Below, piece by piece: positions 40,332-53,115 of a stretch of 64,000 nucleotides of DNA. The first letter of the stretch is position 1. Every line of letters starts with the position of its first letter. A program made the position numbers and the translations under genes. The DNA is from Malacoraja senta (lineage: Eukaryota). The DNA is taken from contig CM075994.1 in assembly GCA_038087875.1 (NCBI GenBank), positions 8,186,001 through 8,250,000 of the forward strand. Reading direction: 5' to 3'. A model generated the notes under the pieces. The model had not been told where the DNA came from. It saw only the letters and a program-made list of their open reading frames with translations, and searched no databases.

Positions 40332-41461
40332 GATTGTGAGCGAGTGATTGGGCGAGTGATTGTGAATGAGTGATTGTGAGTGAGTGATTGTGAGTGATTG
40401 TGAGCGAGTGATTGTGGGCGAGTGATTGTGAGCGAGTGATTGTGAGCGAGTGATTGTGAGCGAGTGATTGTGAGCGAGTGATTGTGAGCGAGTGATTGTG
40501 AGCGAGTGATTGTGAGCGAGTGATTGTGAGCGGGTGATTGTGAGCGAGTGATTGTGAGCGAGTGATTGTGAGCGAGTGATTGTGAGTGATTGTGAGCGAG
40601 TGATTGGGCGAGTGATTGTGAGCGAGTGATTGTGAGTGATTGTGAGCGAGTGATTGTGAGCGAGTGATTGTGGGCGAGTGATTGTGAGCGAGTGATTGTG
40701 AGCGAGTGATTGTGAGCGGGTGATTGTGAGCGAGTGATTGTGAGCGAGTGATTGTGAGCGAGTGATTGTGAGTGATTGTGAGCGAGTGATTGGGCGAGTG
40801 ATTGTGAGCGAGTGATTGTGAGCGAGTGATTGTGAGCGAGTGATTGTGAGCGAGTGATTGTGAGCGAGTGATTGTGAACGAGTGATTGTGAGTGATTGTG
40901 AGCGAGTGATTGTGAGCGAGTGATTGTGGGCGAGTGATTGTGAGCGAGTGATTGTGAGCAAGTGATTGTGAGCGGGTGATTATGAGCGAGTGATTGTGAG
41001 CGAGTGATTGTGAGCGAGTGATTGTGAGTGATTGTGAGCGAGTGATTGGGCGAGTGATTGTGAGCAAGTGATTGTGAGTGATTGTGAGCGAGTGATTGTG
41101 AGCGAGTGATTGTGAGTGAGTGATTGTGAGCGAGTGATTGTGAGCGAGTGATTGTGAGCGAGTGATTGTGAGCGAGTGATTGTGAGCGAGTGATTGTGAG
41201 CGAGTGATTGGGCGAGTGATTGTGAGCGAGTGATTGTGAGCGAGTGATTGTGAGCGAGTGATTGTGAGCGAGTGATTGTGAGCGAGTGATTGTGAGCGAG
41301 TGATTGTGAGCGAGTGATTGTGAGCGAGTGATTGTGAGCGAGTGATTGGGCGAGTGATTGTGAGCGAGTGATTGTGAGCGAGTGATTGTGAGCGAGTGAT
41401 TGTGAGCGAGTGATTGTGAGCGAGTGATTGTGAGCGAGTGATTGGGCGAGTGATTGTGAGC
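40332..41461. repeat. Minisatellite with 14-bp unit GTGATTGTGAGCGA (~80 units), decaying to ~41930
   Basis: Directly visible, with recurring 10- and 12-bp variant units. Confidence 0.95.
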
Positions 41462-42256
41462 AATTGAGTGAATATGAGTGTGATCGTGGGTGCTACTGTG
41501 ATAGACTGATGGAATGGGTGTAAGTGACTATAAGTGATTGTGAGTGGGTGAATGCAAGCGTGAGTGAGTGAGTGAGTGCGAGTGAGTAATGGTGAGTGAT
41601 TGAATAAATGTGAGTGTGATAGTGAGTGCTAGTGTGATAGAGTGATGGAATGGGTGTGTGATTGTGATAGTGATTGTGATCATGAGTGTGAATGAGTGAT
41701 TGTGATCGTGGTCATCAGTGTGAAAGTGATTGAATGATTGTGAGTGAGTGATTGTGATCATGATTGTGAGTGAGTGTGAATAAGTGATTGTGATCATGAT
41801 TGTGAGTGGGTGATTGCGATCGTGATCATGGGTGTGAAAGTAATTGTGATCGGATAATTGTAGATGAGAGTGAGTTCTTGTGAGAGAGTGTGAGCGAGCG
41901 ATAGTGATAGTGAGTGATGGATTGACTGTGATATATTTAATTGCCTGCTTTAACAATGAAGTCGAGATAACATACACAAACCTGGATAAACCTTGGGCGA
42001 GGATAGACACAAAATGCAGGAGCATCTCTGGAGAGAAGGAATGGGTGACGTTTCGTGTCGAGACCCTTCTCCAGTCAACCTGAAACGTCACCCATTCCTT
42101 CTCTCCAGCGATGCTGCCTGTCCCGTTGAGTTACTCCAGCATTTTGCTTCTGTCTACGGTGTAAACCGGCATCTGCACTTCCTTCCTCCACATCTGTAAT
42201 AAATCGTTGCTGAAAGTCCTGTTGCTTTCCCCTTGTCTTTCCCCTTCCTTGTGTAG

Positions 42257-42353
42257 ATCTGGAGATGGAGCACCCTTTTCCTACCATACAGCCCTTGTAC
42301 GAGACGTCCTGGATGTGGGAAATACAGAATACCACGGGGAAAAAGACTTTTCG
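42257..42353 (+). CDS. C4: C4-like gene 1 exon (alpha'NT / MG6-alpha): LEMEHPFPTIQPLYETSWMWEIQNTTGKKTF(R)
   Basis: gtgtag/gtatga boundaries, phase 1 to 2. YETSWMW corresponds to the FPE[S/N]WLW motif, and the exon starts LE like C4 (A)LEIL. Confidence 0.85.
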
Positions 42354-45074
42354 GTATGAGAGCGGGGATACTGGCCTTGTGTGATCAGGGTTACACCTCA
42401 AAACTGAGGATAAGAGTTTGCTTAAGATTCGGGTCGCCAACTTCCTCACTCCCAAATAAGGGACAAAAGGTCAAAATACGGGAGAAATTCCCGACGGCAA
42501 TCCGTTGAGCGACTCGGCCGTGTCTGGGTGAATGATGAGTTGGCCCGGGTGCTGGACTACACACAAAGCCCAGCCGGCGGGGCCAGCTGAGGAGTTTTGG
42601 CCCCGGGGGCCGCGCGCAAAGTCCGGCGCCCCATCCAACTCACGAACCGACGATCGGCCATGAGAAGTAGGGGTGCTGGTGTCGGTGGTAAGTGAAGGTC
42701 CGAAGGTCGGACAGCTGGCCGGGCTGCCGACCGACGGGGCCACGGGCGAGGTGCTGCTGCTGCACTCCATGGGCTGCACTACGTCGGGACGGGTGAGGCG
42801 GGGCCGGACGCGGCGCTCCGACCCGACAGTCCCCTCGACCCGAGTAGTAGCAGTCAAATACGGGACAAGGGCGGTCCTGTACGGGACAAACCAATTTAGC
42901 CCAATATACGGGATGTCCCGGCTAATACGGGACAGTTGGCAACTCAAGTTATGATGTCACACAGATAGGGTGGAAGAACAAAATGTGCAGATGCAAGGAA
43001 CTGCAGATAGACACAAAATGCTGGAGTAACTCAGCGGGACAGGCGGCATCTATGGAGAGAAGGAATGGGTGACGTTTCGGGTCGAGACCCTTCTTTAGAC
43101 TGAGAGTCGGGGAGAGGGAAACGAGAGATATAGACGGTGATGTGGAGACATACAGAACAAATGAATGAAAGGTGTTCAAAAAAGTAACGATGATAAAGGA
43201 AACTGGCCATTGTTAGCTGTGGGCTAGGCTTGAAAATAGGATTAGGAGGAAGATCCGCTATGATGGAATGGCAGAGTAGACTCGATGGGCCGAATGGCCT
43301 AATTCTACCCCTTTAACGTGAACTTTTAGTTTTAGAGATACAGCATGGAAACAGGCCCTTCAGCCCACCGGGTCCGCGCCGACCAACGATCCCTGCACAC
43401 TAACACTATCCTACACCCACTAGGGGCCATTTACGTTTACCAAGCCAATTAACCGACAAACCTGTACGTCTTTGGAGTGTGGGAGGAAACCGAAGATCTC
43501 GGAGAAAACCCACGCAGGTCACGGGGAGAACGTGCAAACTCCGTACAGACAGCACCCGTAGTCAGGATCCAACCTGGGTCTCCGGCGCAGCATTCGCTGT
43601 AAAGCAGCAACTCTACCGCTGCGCCACCCTGACAATGAGATGACTTTGAACCTGGTACAACTTGGGTGGGGGAGGGACGGAGAGGGAGGGGGTGAAGGGT
43701 TTACTTGAAGTTAGAGAAATCATTGTTCATACCTTGAGGTTGCTGAACTCTCGTCGGAGAGAGAGACGAGGAGAACCTCTTCAAAGTAGACATACCGTGA
43801 GCCTGAAGAAGGGTCTCGGCCCGAAACGTCACCCATGCCTTCTCTCCAGAGATGCTGCCTGTCCCGCTGAGTTACTCCAGCTTTTTATGTGTATCTTCAC
43901 TATTCATACCGCTGGGTCGTAAGCTGCCCAAGCGAAATATCCAAATTCCGTACAGACGGCACCCATAGTCAGGATCGAACCCGGGACCCGGGTCTCTAGC
44001 GCCGTGAGGCAGCAACTCTACCGCTGAGCCGCTGTGCTGTCCCTGGTGTAGGCTGATTACGTTGGCTGCTTTCCCGAGTCAGCGTGAAGTGTAGATGGGG
44101 TCAATGGAGTGGAGGCTGGCTTAATTCAGTTTAGTTTAGTTTAGAGATACAGCACGGAAACAGGCCCTTCGGCCCACTGAGTCTGCGCCGACCAGCGATC
44201 CCCGCACACTAACACCATCCCACACACACTAGGGACAATTTACATTTACACCAAACCAATTAACCTACAAACTTGCACGTCTCTGGAGTGTTGGAGAAAC
44301 CCCCGCAGGTCACGGGGAGAGGGGGGACCTCATTGAAACGTACAGAATAGTGAAAGGCCTGGATAGAGTGGATGTGGAGAGGATGTTTCCACTAGTGGGA
44401 GTGTCTAGGACCAGAGGTCACAGCCTCAGAATTAAAGGACGTTCCTTTAGGAAGGAGATGGGGAGGAATTTCGTCAGTCAGAGGGTGGGGAATCGGTGGA
44501 ATTATTTGGCACAGAAGACAAAGTCAGTGGAAATTTTTAAGGCAGAGATAGATAGATTCATGAATAGTACGGGTGTCAGGGGTTATGGAGAGAAGGTTGG
44601 AGAATGGGGTTAGGAGGGAGAGATAGATCAGCCATGATTGAATGGCGGAGTAGACTTTTTACTTTAGTTTAGTTTAGAGATACAGGGTGGAAACAGGCCC
44701 TTCAGCCCACTGACTCCGCGCCGACCAGAGATCCCCACACATTAACACTATCCTACACACACTAGGTACAGTTTTTACATTTACACCAAGCCAATTTATC
44801 TACAAACCTGTACGTCTTTGGAGTGTGGGAGGAAACCGAAGATCCTGGAAAAAAGCCACCCCGGTCATGGGGAGAACGTACAAATTCCGTACAGACAGCA
44901 CCTGTAGTTGGGATTGAAGCCAGGTCTCCGATGCTGCAAGCGCTGTAAGGCAGCAACTCTACCGCTGCGCCACCGTGGCCGCCCGTTTATTTGAACACAT
45001 CTGGTTTGTGTGCGGTTAGTGCTTCGAGTCGATAAAACAGGAACAAACCTTTAAATGTGTCTCTCTTCCTGCAG

Positions 45075-45142
45075 GTTAACATCAGCTGTCAATCCACCAA
45101 AAGTGTGGGAGATATCTGCATTTAGTGTCTCCGAAAACAAGG
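45075..45142 (+). CDS. C4: C4-like gene 1, last recognisable exon (MG6-alpha): LTSAVNPPKVWEISAFSVSENK(G)
   Basis: ctgcag/gtaaga boundaries, phase 2 to 1. Resembles C4 [24 protein letters not shown] and C3 TWEILAVSMSDKKG. Confidence 0.88.
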
Positions 45143-45501
45143 GTAAGACCTCTGTCTAAACTTTATCATTGATAACGTAGACAATAGACAATAGGTGCAG
45201 GAGGAGGCCATTCGGCCCTTCGAGCCAGCACCGCCATTCAATGTGATCATGGCTGATCATCCACAATCAGTACCCCGTTCCTGCCTTCTCCCCATATCCC
45301 CNNNNNNNNNNNNNNNNNNNNNNNNNNNNNNNNNNNNNNNNNNNNNNNNNNNNNNNNNNNNNNNNNNNNNNNNNNNNNNNNNNNNNNNNNNNNNNNNNNN
45401 NNNNNNNNNNNNNNNNNNNNNNNNNNNNNNNNNNNNNNNNNNNNNNNNNNNNNNNNNNNNNNNNNNNNNNNNNNNNNNNNNNNNNNNNNNNNNNNNNNNN
45501 N

Positions 45502-47110
45502 CACTCTGTCCCCCCTCCCTTCTACCCCCCCACTCCCCCTCCACCTCTTATTCTCCCCCTCTCCACCCTCCCCTCTCCTCCACCTCCTCCTCACCCCCTC
45601 CTCTGCCTTCTTCCCTCCACCTCTCCCCTCCACCTCCCCATCCTTTTCTCTCCCCCCTACAACTCTCGCCCTCCTCTTCTCTCCCCTCCAACTCTCCCCC
45701 TCCCCTCTCCTCCCCTCACACCCCCTCCTCCCTCTCCACCTCCCTCCCCCCTCTCTCTCTCCCCTCTAATCCTCCTCTCCACCCCTTCCCCTGTCCTCTC
45801 CCCTCCCCTCCCCTTCTCCTCCCGCACCCTTCTCTACCCCCCTCACTCACCACTCTCTCCACCCTACCCCCTCTACCACACCCCTTCCCCCTACCCCTCT
45901 CACCCTTCACCCTCCCCGCTCTCCTTCCCTCCCCCCATCCTCACCCCCCTCACTCTCCCCCCCTCCCCTTCCCCTCTCCTCTCCTTCCCACTCTATCACT
46001 CTCCCCCTCCTCACCCCCTCCTCACCCCCTCCTCACCCACCTCCTCACCCCTCTCTCCTCACCGCTCTCCTCACCTCTCTCTCCCCCTCTCTCTCCACCC
46101 CCCTCCCCCTCTCTCCTCACCCATCTCTCCTCACCCCTCTCTCACCCCTCTCTCATCTCTCCCCCCTCTCTCCCCAATTCCCTATTCTCCTCACCCCTCT
46201 CCTCACCCTCTCTATTCACCCCTCCTCACCCCTCTCCCACCCCTCCCTCCTCCCTCCCCCTCTCCCCTCTCTCCCCATCCTTCTCTCCCCTTCCACCCAC
46301 TCCCACCCATCTCTCACCCCTCCCCCTCCCCCTTCCCCCTATCCCTCTCTCCCGCTTCCCCATCCCCTCTCCACCCTCCCCCACCACTCGCACATCCCCT
46401 CCCCCACCTCTCCCACCCCCTGCCCCTATCTCCCCTTCCCCCTCACTGCTCTCCTACCCTTCCCCATCCCCCGCTCTCTACCTCCCCCCTCTCCTCCCTT
46501 CCCCAATCTCTCCCCATCTCCTCCCCCTCCTCCCTCCCCTCTCCCCAACTGCTCCTGCCTCCCCCTCTCTCCCCCTCCTCATTCCTCCATCCCCCCTCCT
46601 CCTCCCTCCACCCTCCTCCTCCCTCCCCCTCTCTCCGCCCCTGCCCCTCCCCGCTCTCCTCCCCCTCACCCTCCCACACCCTCTCTCCCTTCCACCCCTC
46701 TCTCCCTCCCCCTTCCCCTCCGCACTCTACCCCGTCTCCATCTCCCCCTCTCCTCCCTCCCTCCCTCCCTCTCCCCTCTCTCCGCCCCACCCATCTCCCC
46801 TCCTCCACCCTCCTCCAACCCCCCTCTACCCCTCTACCCACCACCAACCCCCCTCTCCCCCTCCAACCCCCTCTCCCCTCCTCCAACCCCTCTCCCCCTC
46901 CAACCCCTCTCCCCCCTCCCCTCTACACCCTCCCTTTCCCCCCTCTACACCCTCCCTTTCCCCCTTCTCTTTCCACCCACTCCCCCTCCTCTCTCTCCCC
47001 TCATCTCTCCCCCTCCTCTACCCTCTACCCTCTTTCCCCCTCCTCCCCACCCCTCTCTCCTCTCTCCCCTCTACTCCCCTTTCCCCCTCCTCTCCCTCTC
47101 CCCTCCCCCT
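45502..47110. repeat. Long C/T-rich polypyrimidine tract (others at 47880-48380 and 49630-51120)
   Basis: Directly visible. It generates the spurious Pro/Ser/Leu and Gly/Glu/Arg ORFs. Confidence 0.95.
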
Positions 47111-47373
47111 CAACCCCCGCCGTGTGAATGGCAGGTGGTTAGTGTGCGTGTGATGCCGCAGCCCACCCCCCCCCCCCCGGGAACCGCACGTTGAGGGAAC
47201 GGGACCCAGCGGTCTCCCCTCCCTCCCATCGCCCACCCCCTTCCCCTACCACCCTCTCACCCCCTACCCCCCCCTGTGTGTGTGTGGGGTGGTTAGTGTG
47301 CGTGTGAAGCTGCATCAACCCCCCCCACCGCGCGTTGTGGGAAACAGACCCAACGGGTCTGCACTTGGTCTAG

Positions 47374-49171
47374 TCTATTCTATCTATTATATAAAACTCT
47401 GTGGCTGCCATCCGTCCGTCTATTATATAAAACTCTGTGGCTGCTATCCGTCCGTCCGTCGTCAAAATTCACCTTTGATACCGCCCTAGGCCCACACAGC
47501 ACGCGTAAACGCCGATATTTTTTACCATTTCTAAAGAGATTACATTGATCTTTATGAATAGACACTCCTGATTAAATTTGGTCGTGTTTGTGTACACTTT
47601 ATTAAATAAAATACTTCTCCTCCCCCCCCCACCCCAACATTTCAAAATGTTAAACAAACAGCTCTCAGCAATAGAATGTTAATGAAGGTTCCGTTTTGTG
47701 ATGTCACAATGCCCAATGCTCACAGATGTCCAATCGGAATGAATCAGTTTACATATGCCTTGCAGCAGCCCCAGCCCCAGCCCCTCCCCCCCACCCCGCA
47801 GCCTGTGTCGAAGGCGTCGTCACGTGTGTGGGAATAGAGAAAGAGGATTGGGGGTGATAGGGAATGGGGAACAGATGGACTGTCCCTACCCCTCCTACTT
47901 CCACTCTCCCTCCCCACTCTTCCCCCTCTCTCCTCTCCCCCTCCCTCCCCTCCAACACCCTCTCTTCCCCCTCCACCACCCCTCTTCACCCCCATCTCCC
48001 CCCCACCCCCTTCCCTCTCTCTTGCACCACTCCCCGCTACCCCTCTGCCCCTCACTCCCCACTCTTCCCCTCTCCCTCCCCCACCTCTCTCCCTCCCCCT
48101 CCCTCTCTCCCTGTCTTCCCCCTATTCCTCTCACCTTCCCCTTATCCCCTCTCTCCACCTCTAACATCCACTCCCCCCCTCTCCCCCCTTCCTGCCCTCC
48201 CCGCTCTCCTCCCACTCCCCACTCTGCTCCCACTCCCTCTCCCCCACCCTGCTCTCTTCTCCCTCACCAATCTCTCCCCTTTCCTCCTCACCCTCTCCCC
48301 TTTTTCCCCCTCTCCTCTTCTCTCCCCACCCCGTCTCCCTCTGCCCTCTTCTCTCCCCACCCCGTCTTCCTCTCCCCCCGAGTGTGTTTGGGGGGGTGGT
48401 TAGTGTGTGTGATGCCGCAGCACCCCCCCCCTCCCGCAAACGCGCGTTGGGAAAACATCCCGCCAATCGTCTCTCTGTCTTTAAAACGGAACTGCAGATG
48501 CTGGAAAATCGAAGTTACACTAAACTGTATAACCTCAGCGGGTGCAGCAGCATCTATGGATTGAAGGAAATAGGCAACGTTTCTGGAGAAAACCCGTCTG
48601 AGGATGGGCTTCGGCCCAAAGCGTTGTCTATTTCATTCGCTCCATAGATGCTGCTGCACCCGCTGTGTTTCTCCAGCTCTTTTTTGTGTACCAGTCTCTC
48701 TGTCTCTCCACTCTCTCTCTCTTTCTCTCTGCCCTTCTCTCTCACAGCCCGCGGCACGACTCATGCAAGCCCGCTCCAAACCCCCCCCTTCACCTCTCTC
48801 CCCCATCCTCTCCTTCCTCTCTCCACCCCTCTCCCCTATCCCTCTCCTCTCTCCTCACCTTCCTCTCCCCCCTCCTCTTCAAATTTTTTTTTGCTAACAT
48901 TAAATTTTCTCACTCTGCCCCCCCCCCCCTCTAGACGCACCTGAGAGGTGAGGGCTATTCGTCAGTGGATAGGGTGGAGATGGCATAAAAGAAGCAAATT
49001 AAAAAAATTAAGATATTATCAAGGGGTGTGATGATTGTGTGTGTTTGTGGGTGCCGGATTCCGTGCTTTGGAGGAAAGGGGGTGGTTAGTGTGACGCCAC
49101 AGCCCCCCCATCCCCCTCCCACGCAAACGCACGTTCGGTGTCCAGACCCAACGGGTCTGCACTTGGTCTAG
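47374..49171 (+). mobile_element. Non-autonomous Helitron-like element within a head-to-tail array
   Basis: Starts TC directly after another CTAG end (47370-47373). Ends with hairpin GACCC-AAC-GGGTC followed by CTAG (49168-49171). Confidence 0.65.
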
Positions 49172-51705
49172 TAACTATTAAAAGTCGTTCGTCAGTTTGT
49201 TTGTACAGGTTCTATTTCGCGAAAATTTGTTTAAGCCGTTTGTGAATTTCATCCTCCAATATTTGCAAAAACTAAACAATTTTTACATATTCCGGTAGAG
49301 TTTTTCCTCCTTCTCTTAGTGTTTGTAAAATTAGAACATTCGGTTCAACCTTTCCCTGCTTTTTTAGTAAAAAAACATCAAAACAATTTAAAATCAAGCT
49401 CCTGCATGAGTCACATGGCCATCTCACACATGTCCAATCACAATGGATCTCATTTACCTATGATATGACATCACAATGGGACAGGGCTGGGAGATTGGAA
49501 CCTTCACGTGAGCCCACTAAAATCAAACAGCTGCTGCACGAGTCACAGAGCCATCTCACACATGTACAATCACAATGGATCCCACAAATGCAATCAACCT
49601 GGCGTGCACAATCAAATAGAGCAAGTTGTCCTACCCCCTCCCTATCTACCCCTTCCCTATCTACCCCCTCCCTATCTACCCCCTCCCTCTCTACCGCCCA
49701 CCACGCCCCCTCCCCCCTCCACAGCTACCCCTCCTATCATCCCCCCCTCTCCTCTCCTCCAACCCCCCTGTTCTCCACCTCTCCCCTCCACCTCTCCCTT
49801 CCTCTTCTCTCCCCATTCCAACTCCCCTTCTCTCCCCTCCCATCTCCTCCACCCCCTCACTCACCCCCTCTCTCTCATCCTCTCCCTCCACCCTCTCCCC
49901 TGTACTCTCCCCTCTATTCTCTCTCTTCCCTCCCTCCCTCCCCGTGCCTTTCCCCCTCACCCCTTCTCTCTCCCCCCTTCTCTCTCCCCCTTCTCTCTCC
50001 TCTCTCTCCCCCTGCCTCTCTCTCTCCCTCCACCCTTCTCCCCTTCCATCTCCCTCTCTCTCCCTCTCCGCTCTCCCCCTAATCTCTCTCCACCTCCCCC
50101 TCCCCTCTCCCCCCCACCTCTACCATCCTCTCTCCTTTCTCCTTCTCCCTCCCCCTGCCCCCTCCCGTCTACCCTCCCCCTCTACCCCCTCTACATCCTA
50201 TTCTCCTCCCCCTCTCCACCCTCCCCTCACCCCCTCTCCACCATCCCCTCTCCCCCCCCTCCACCCTCCCACCTCCTCTCTCCCTCCGCTTCTCTCCCCC
50301 ACCTCCCCCCTCCACCTCTCCCCCTCCCACCTCTCCCTCTCCTCTTCACTCCACCCTCCCTCCCTCTCTCCCATCTACTCGCTCTCCTCCCCTCTATCTC
50401 TCTGCCTCTCTAATCTCTCTCCCCCATCTGTCTCTCCACCCCCATGCTTTTCTCCACTCCCCCTTCTCTCTCCCACTCCCCCTTCTCTCTCTCCCCCCTT
50501 CTCTCTCTCCCCCCTTCTCTCTCCCCCCTTCTCTCTCTCCCCACTTCTCTCTCTCCCCACTTCTCTCTCTCCCCCCTTCTCTCTCTCCCTCCCTCTCTCT
50601 CCCCTCTCTCTCCCCCTCCTCTCTCTCCCCATCCTCTCTCTCCCTCCTCTCTCTCACCCTCTTCTCTCTCCCCCTCCACTCCCTCATTCTCCTCTCTTCC
50701 CCTCCAATCTCTCTCCACCTCCCCCCTCTCCCCCACCTCTACCACCCTCTCCTCCGTCCTCGCTCCCTCCCCCACCCCCACTCTTCCCCACTCCCTTCTA
50801 CCCCCCTCCACTCCCCCTCCACCCTCCACCTCTTATTCTCCTCCCCCTCTCCACCCTCCCCTCTCCTCCCCCCTCCCCCTTCACCTCTCCGCCTCCTCTT
50901 CTCTCCCCCCTCCACCTCTCCCCCCTCCCCCTCCCTCCTTTTCTCTCCCCCTCTAACTCTCCCCATCCTCCTCTCTCCCCTCCCCTCTCCTCCCTCCCCT
51001 CACCCCCCCTCCTCTCTCCCCCCTTCCTCCCCCTCCACTCTCTCTCCCCTCTAATCTCCCTCCTCTCCCCATCCCCTCTTCCTCTCTCCCTTCCTCCCCT
51101 TCCCCTTCCCCACCCTTCTCTTCGGTTTAGATGCTGTATGACCCGATGAAATCTATGAGCCCACGCCGACCAGCGATCATCCGCTTTAGATTTGAGACAC
51201 AGCATGGAAGTAGGGCCCTTCGGCCCATCGAATCCGTGCCGACCATCGATTCCCCGCACACTAGCACTATCCTACACCAACTCTACCGCTGCGCCACCGT
51301 GCCGCCCTAATGGGCCTGTCCCACTTATGTGATTTTTTCGGTGACTGCCGGTGGCTAACAAAGGCGACAGCGTAGTCGCCTGTAGTCGCCTAAAAAATCG
51401 CCAAAGTGGGACTGGGGCATAAGTCTGAAGAAGCGACACGACCTGAAACATCACCCATTCCTTCTCTCCAGAGATGCTGCCTGTCCCGCTGAGTTACTCC
51501 AGTATTTTGTGTCTGTCTAAATAGTTTTTCTTTGTGGCCAGGTCTCTGATGCAAAGACAGGTTGATAAGTTCAACCTCAATCTAACCTCCCTTCCATTCA
51601 TGGACACAAAAAGCTGGAGTAACTCAGCGGGCGGGACAGGCAGCATCTCGAGAGAAGGAATGGGTGACGTTTCAGGTCGAGAACCTTCCTTCCATTGACT
51701 CCATC

Positions 51706-53115
51706 CAAGTCAAGTCAAGTCAAGTCAAGTTTATTCGTCACATACACATACGAGATGTGCAGTGAAATGAAAAGTGGCAATGCTCGCGGACTTTGTGCAA
51801 AAAACAACCAACCAACCAAAACAAACTACAAACAGAATGGAACAGAATCACATCTTCTTTTACATATTAATTATTGTGGGCGGAAGGAAAAAGGGAAATA
51901 AATACCAGCAATTTAAAAAAAAAAAAAAAAAAAGCATTCGAGTGGTCCAGTAAAGTTAGTCCCTGGTGAGATAGGAGTTTACAGTCCTAATGGCCTCTGA
52001 GAAGAAACTCCTTCTCAACCTCTCCGTTCTCACAGCATGGCAACGGAGGCGTTTGCCTGAACGTAGCAGCTGGAACAGTCCGTTACAGGGGTGGAAGGGT
52101 TCTCCCATGATCTTATTGGCTCTGGAGTTGCACCTGATGTATAGTTCCTACAGAGGGGCGAGTGAAGTTCCCATTGTGCGTTCGGCCGAACGCACTACTC
52201 TCTGCAGAGCCTTCTTGTCCTGGGCAGAGCAATTCCCAAACCAGATTGTGATGTTTCCGGACAAGATGCTTTCCACAGCCGCTGAGTAGAAGCACTGCAG
52301 GATCCTCGGAGACACTCTGAATTTCCTCAATTGCCTGAGGTGGTAAAGGCGCTGCCTTGCCTTACTCACCAGTGTTGCGGCGTGTGATGTCCATGTCAGA
52401 TCCTCAGAGATGACTCCCAGGTATTTAAAACTGCTCACCCTATCCACAGTATCCCCATTTATCCTCAATGGTGTGTACGTCCTCGGATGATGTGCCCTCC
52501 TAAAGTCCACGATCAGCTCCTTAGTTTTTTTGATGTTCAAGAGGAGGCTGTTGTCCTGACACCAGAGTGCCAGATCAGCCACCTCCTCCCGGTAGGCCTT
52601 CTCATCGTTGTCTGAGATCAGGCCCACCACCACAGTGTCATCAGCAAACTTGATTATCGAGTTGGAGCTGAACCTGGCCATACAGTCATGTGTGTACAGG
52701 GAGTACAATAGGGGGCTGAGGACGCAACCGTGGGGCGATCCTGTGCTCAGGGTGAGGGACTTTGATGTATTCCCTCCCATCTTGACTACCTGGGGCCTGG
52801 TGTGAGAAAGTCCAGGGCCCAGGCCCACAGGGGGGTGTTGAGCCCTAATTCCAGTAGCTTCTCGGCCAGTCTGATGGGGACTATCGTGTTGAAGGCTGAA
52901 CTGAAGTCTATGAACAGCATCCTCACGTAGCCCCCCTTCTGGCTGTCAAGATGAGAGAGAGTGGTGTGCAAAACCTGGGAGACCGCATCGTCCGTGGATC
53001 TGTTCGGACGGTATGCGAATTGTAACGGATCCATGTTGCGAGGGAGGTAGGCGCAGATGTGTTTCTTCACCAGCCTCTCAAAGCATTTCATGACTACCGA
53101 GGTGAGGGCCACCGG
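51706..53115 (-). mobile_element. Rex1/Babar-like non-LTR retrotransposon, 5'-truncated RT
   Basis: Motifs [35 protein letters not shown] and FKYLG across frameshifted ORFs, with an (ACTTG)n tail. A related 3' fragment lies at ~15660-16345 (+). Confidence 0.85.

Noticed and set aside
40215..41463. 386-aa and 248-aa repetitive ORFs, and a CRISPR-like appearance
   Set aside because: These are translations of a 14-bp minisatellite. There are no unique spacers, and the context is eukaryotic.
45195..51259. Long Pro/Ser/Leu-rich ORFs (652 aa, 507 aa) and Gly/Glu/Arg-rich antisense ORFs
   Set aside because: They arise from stop-poor polypyrimidine tracts, and one spans an N gap. There are no splice signals or protein motifs.
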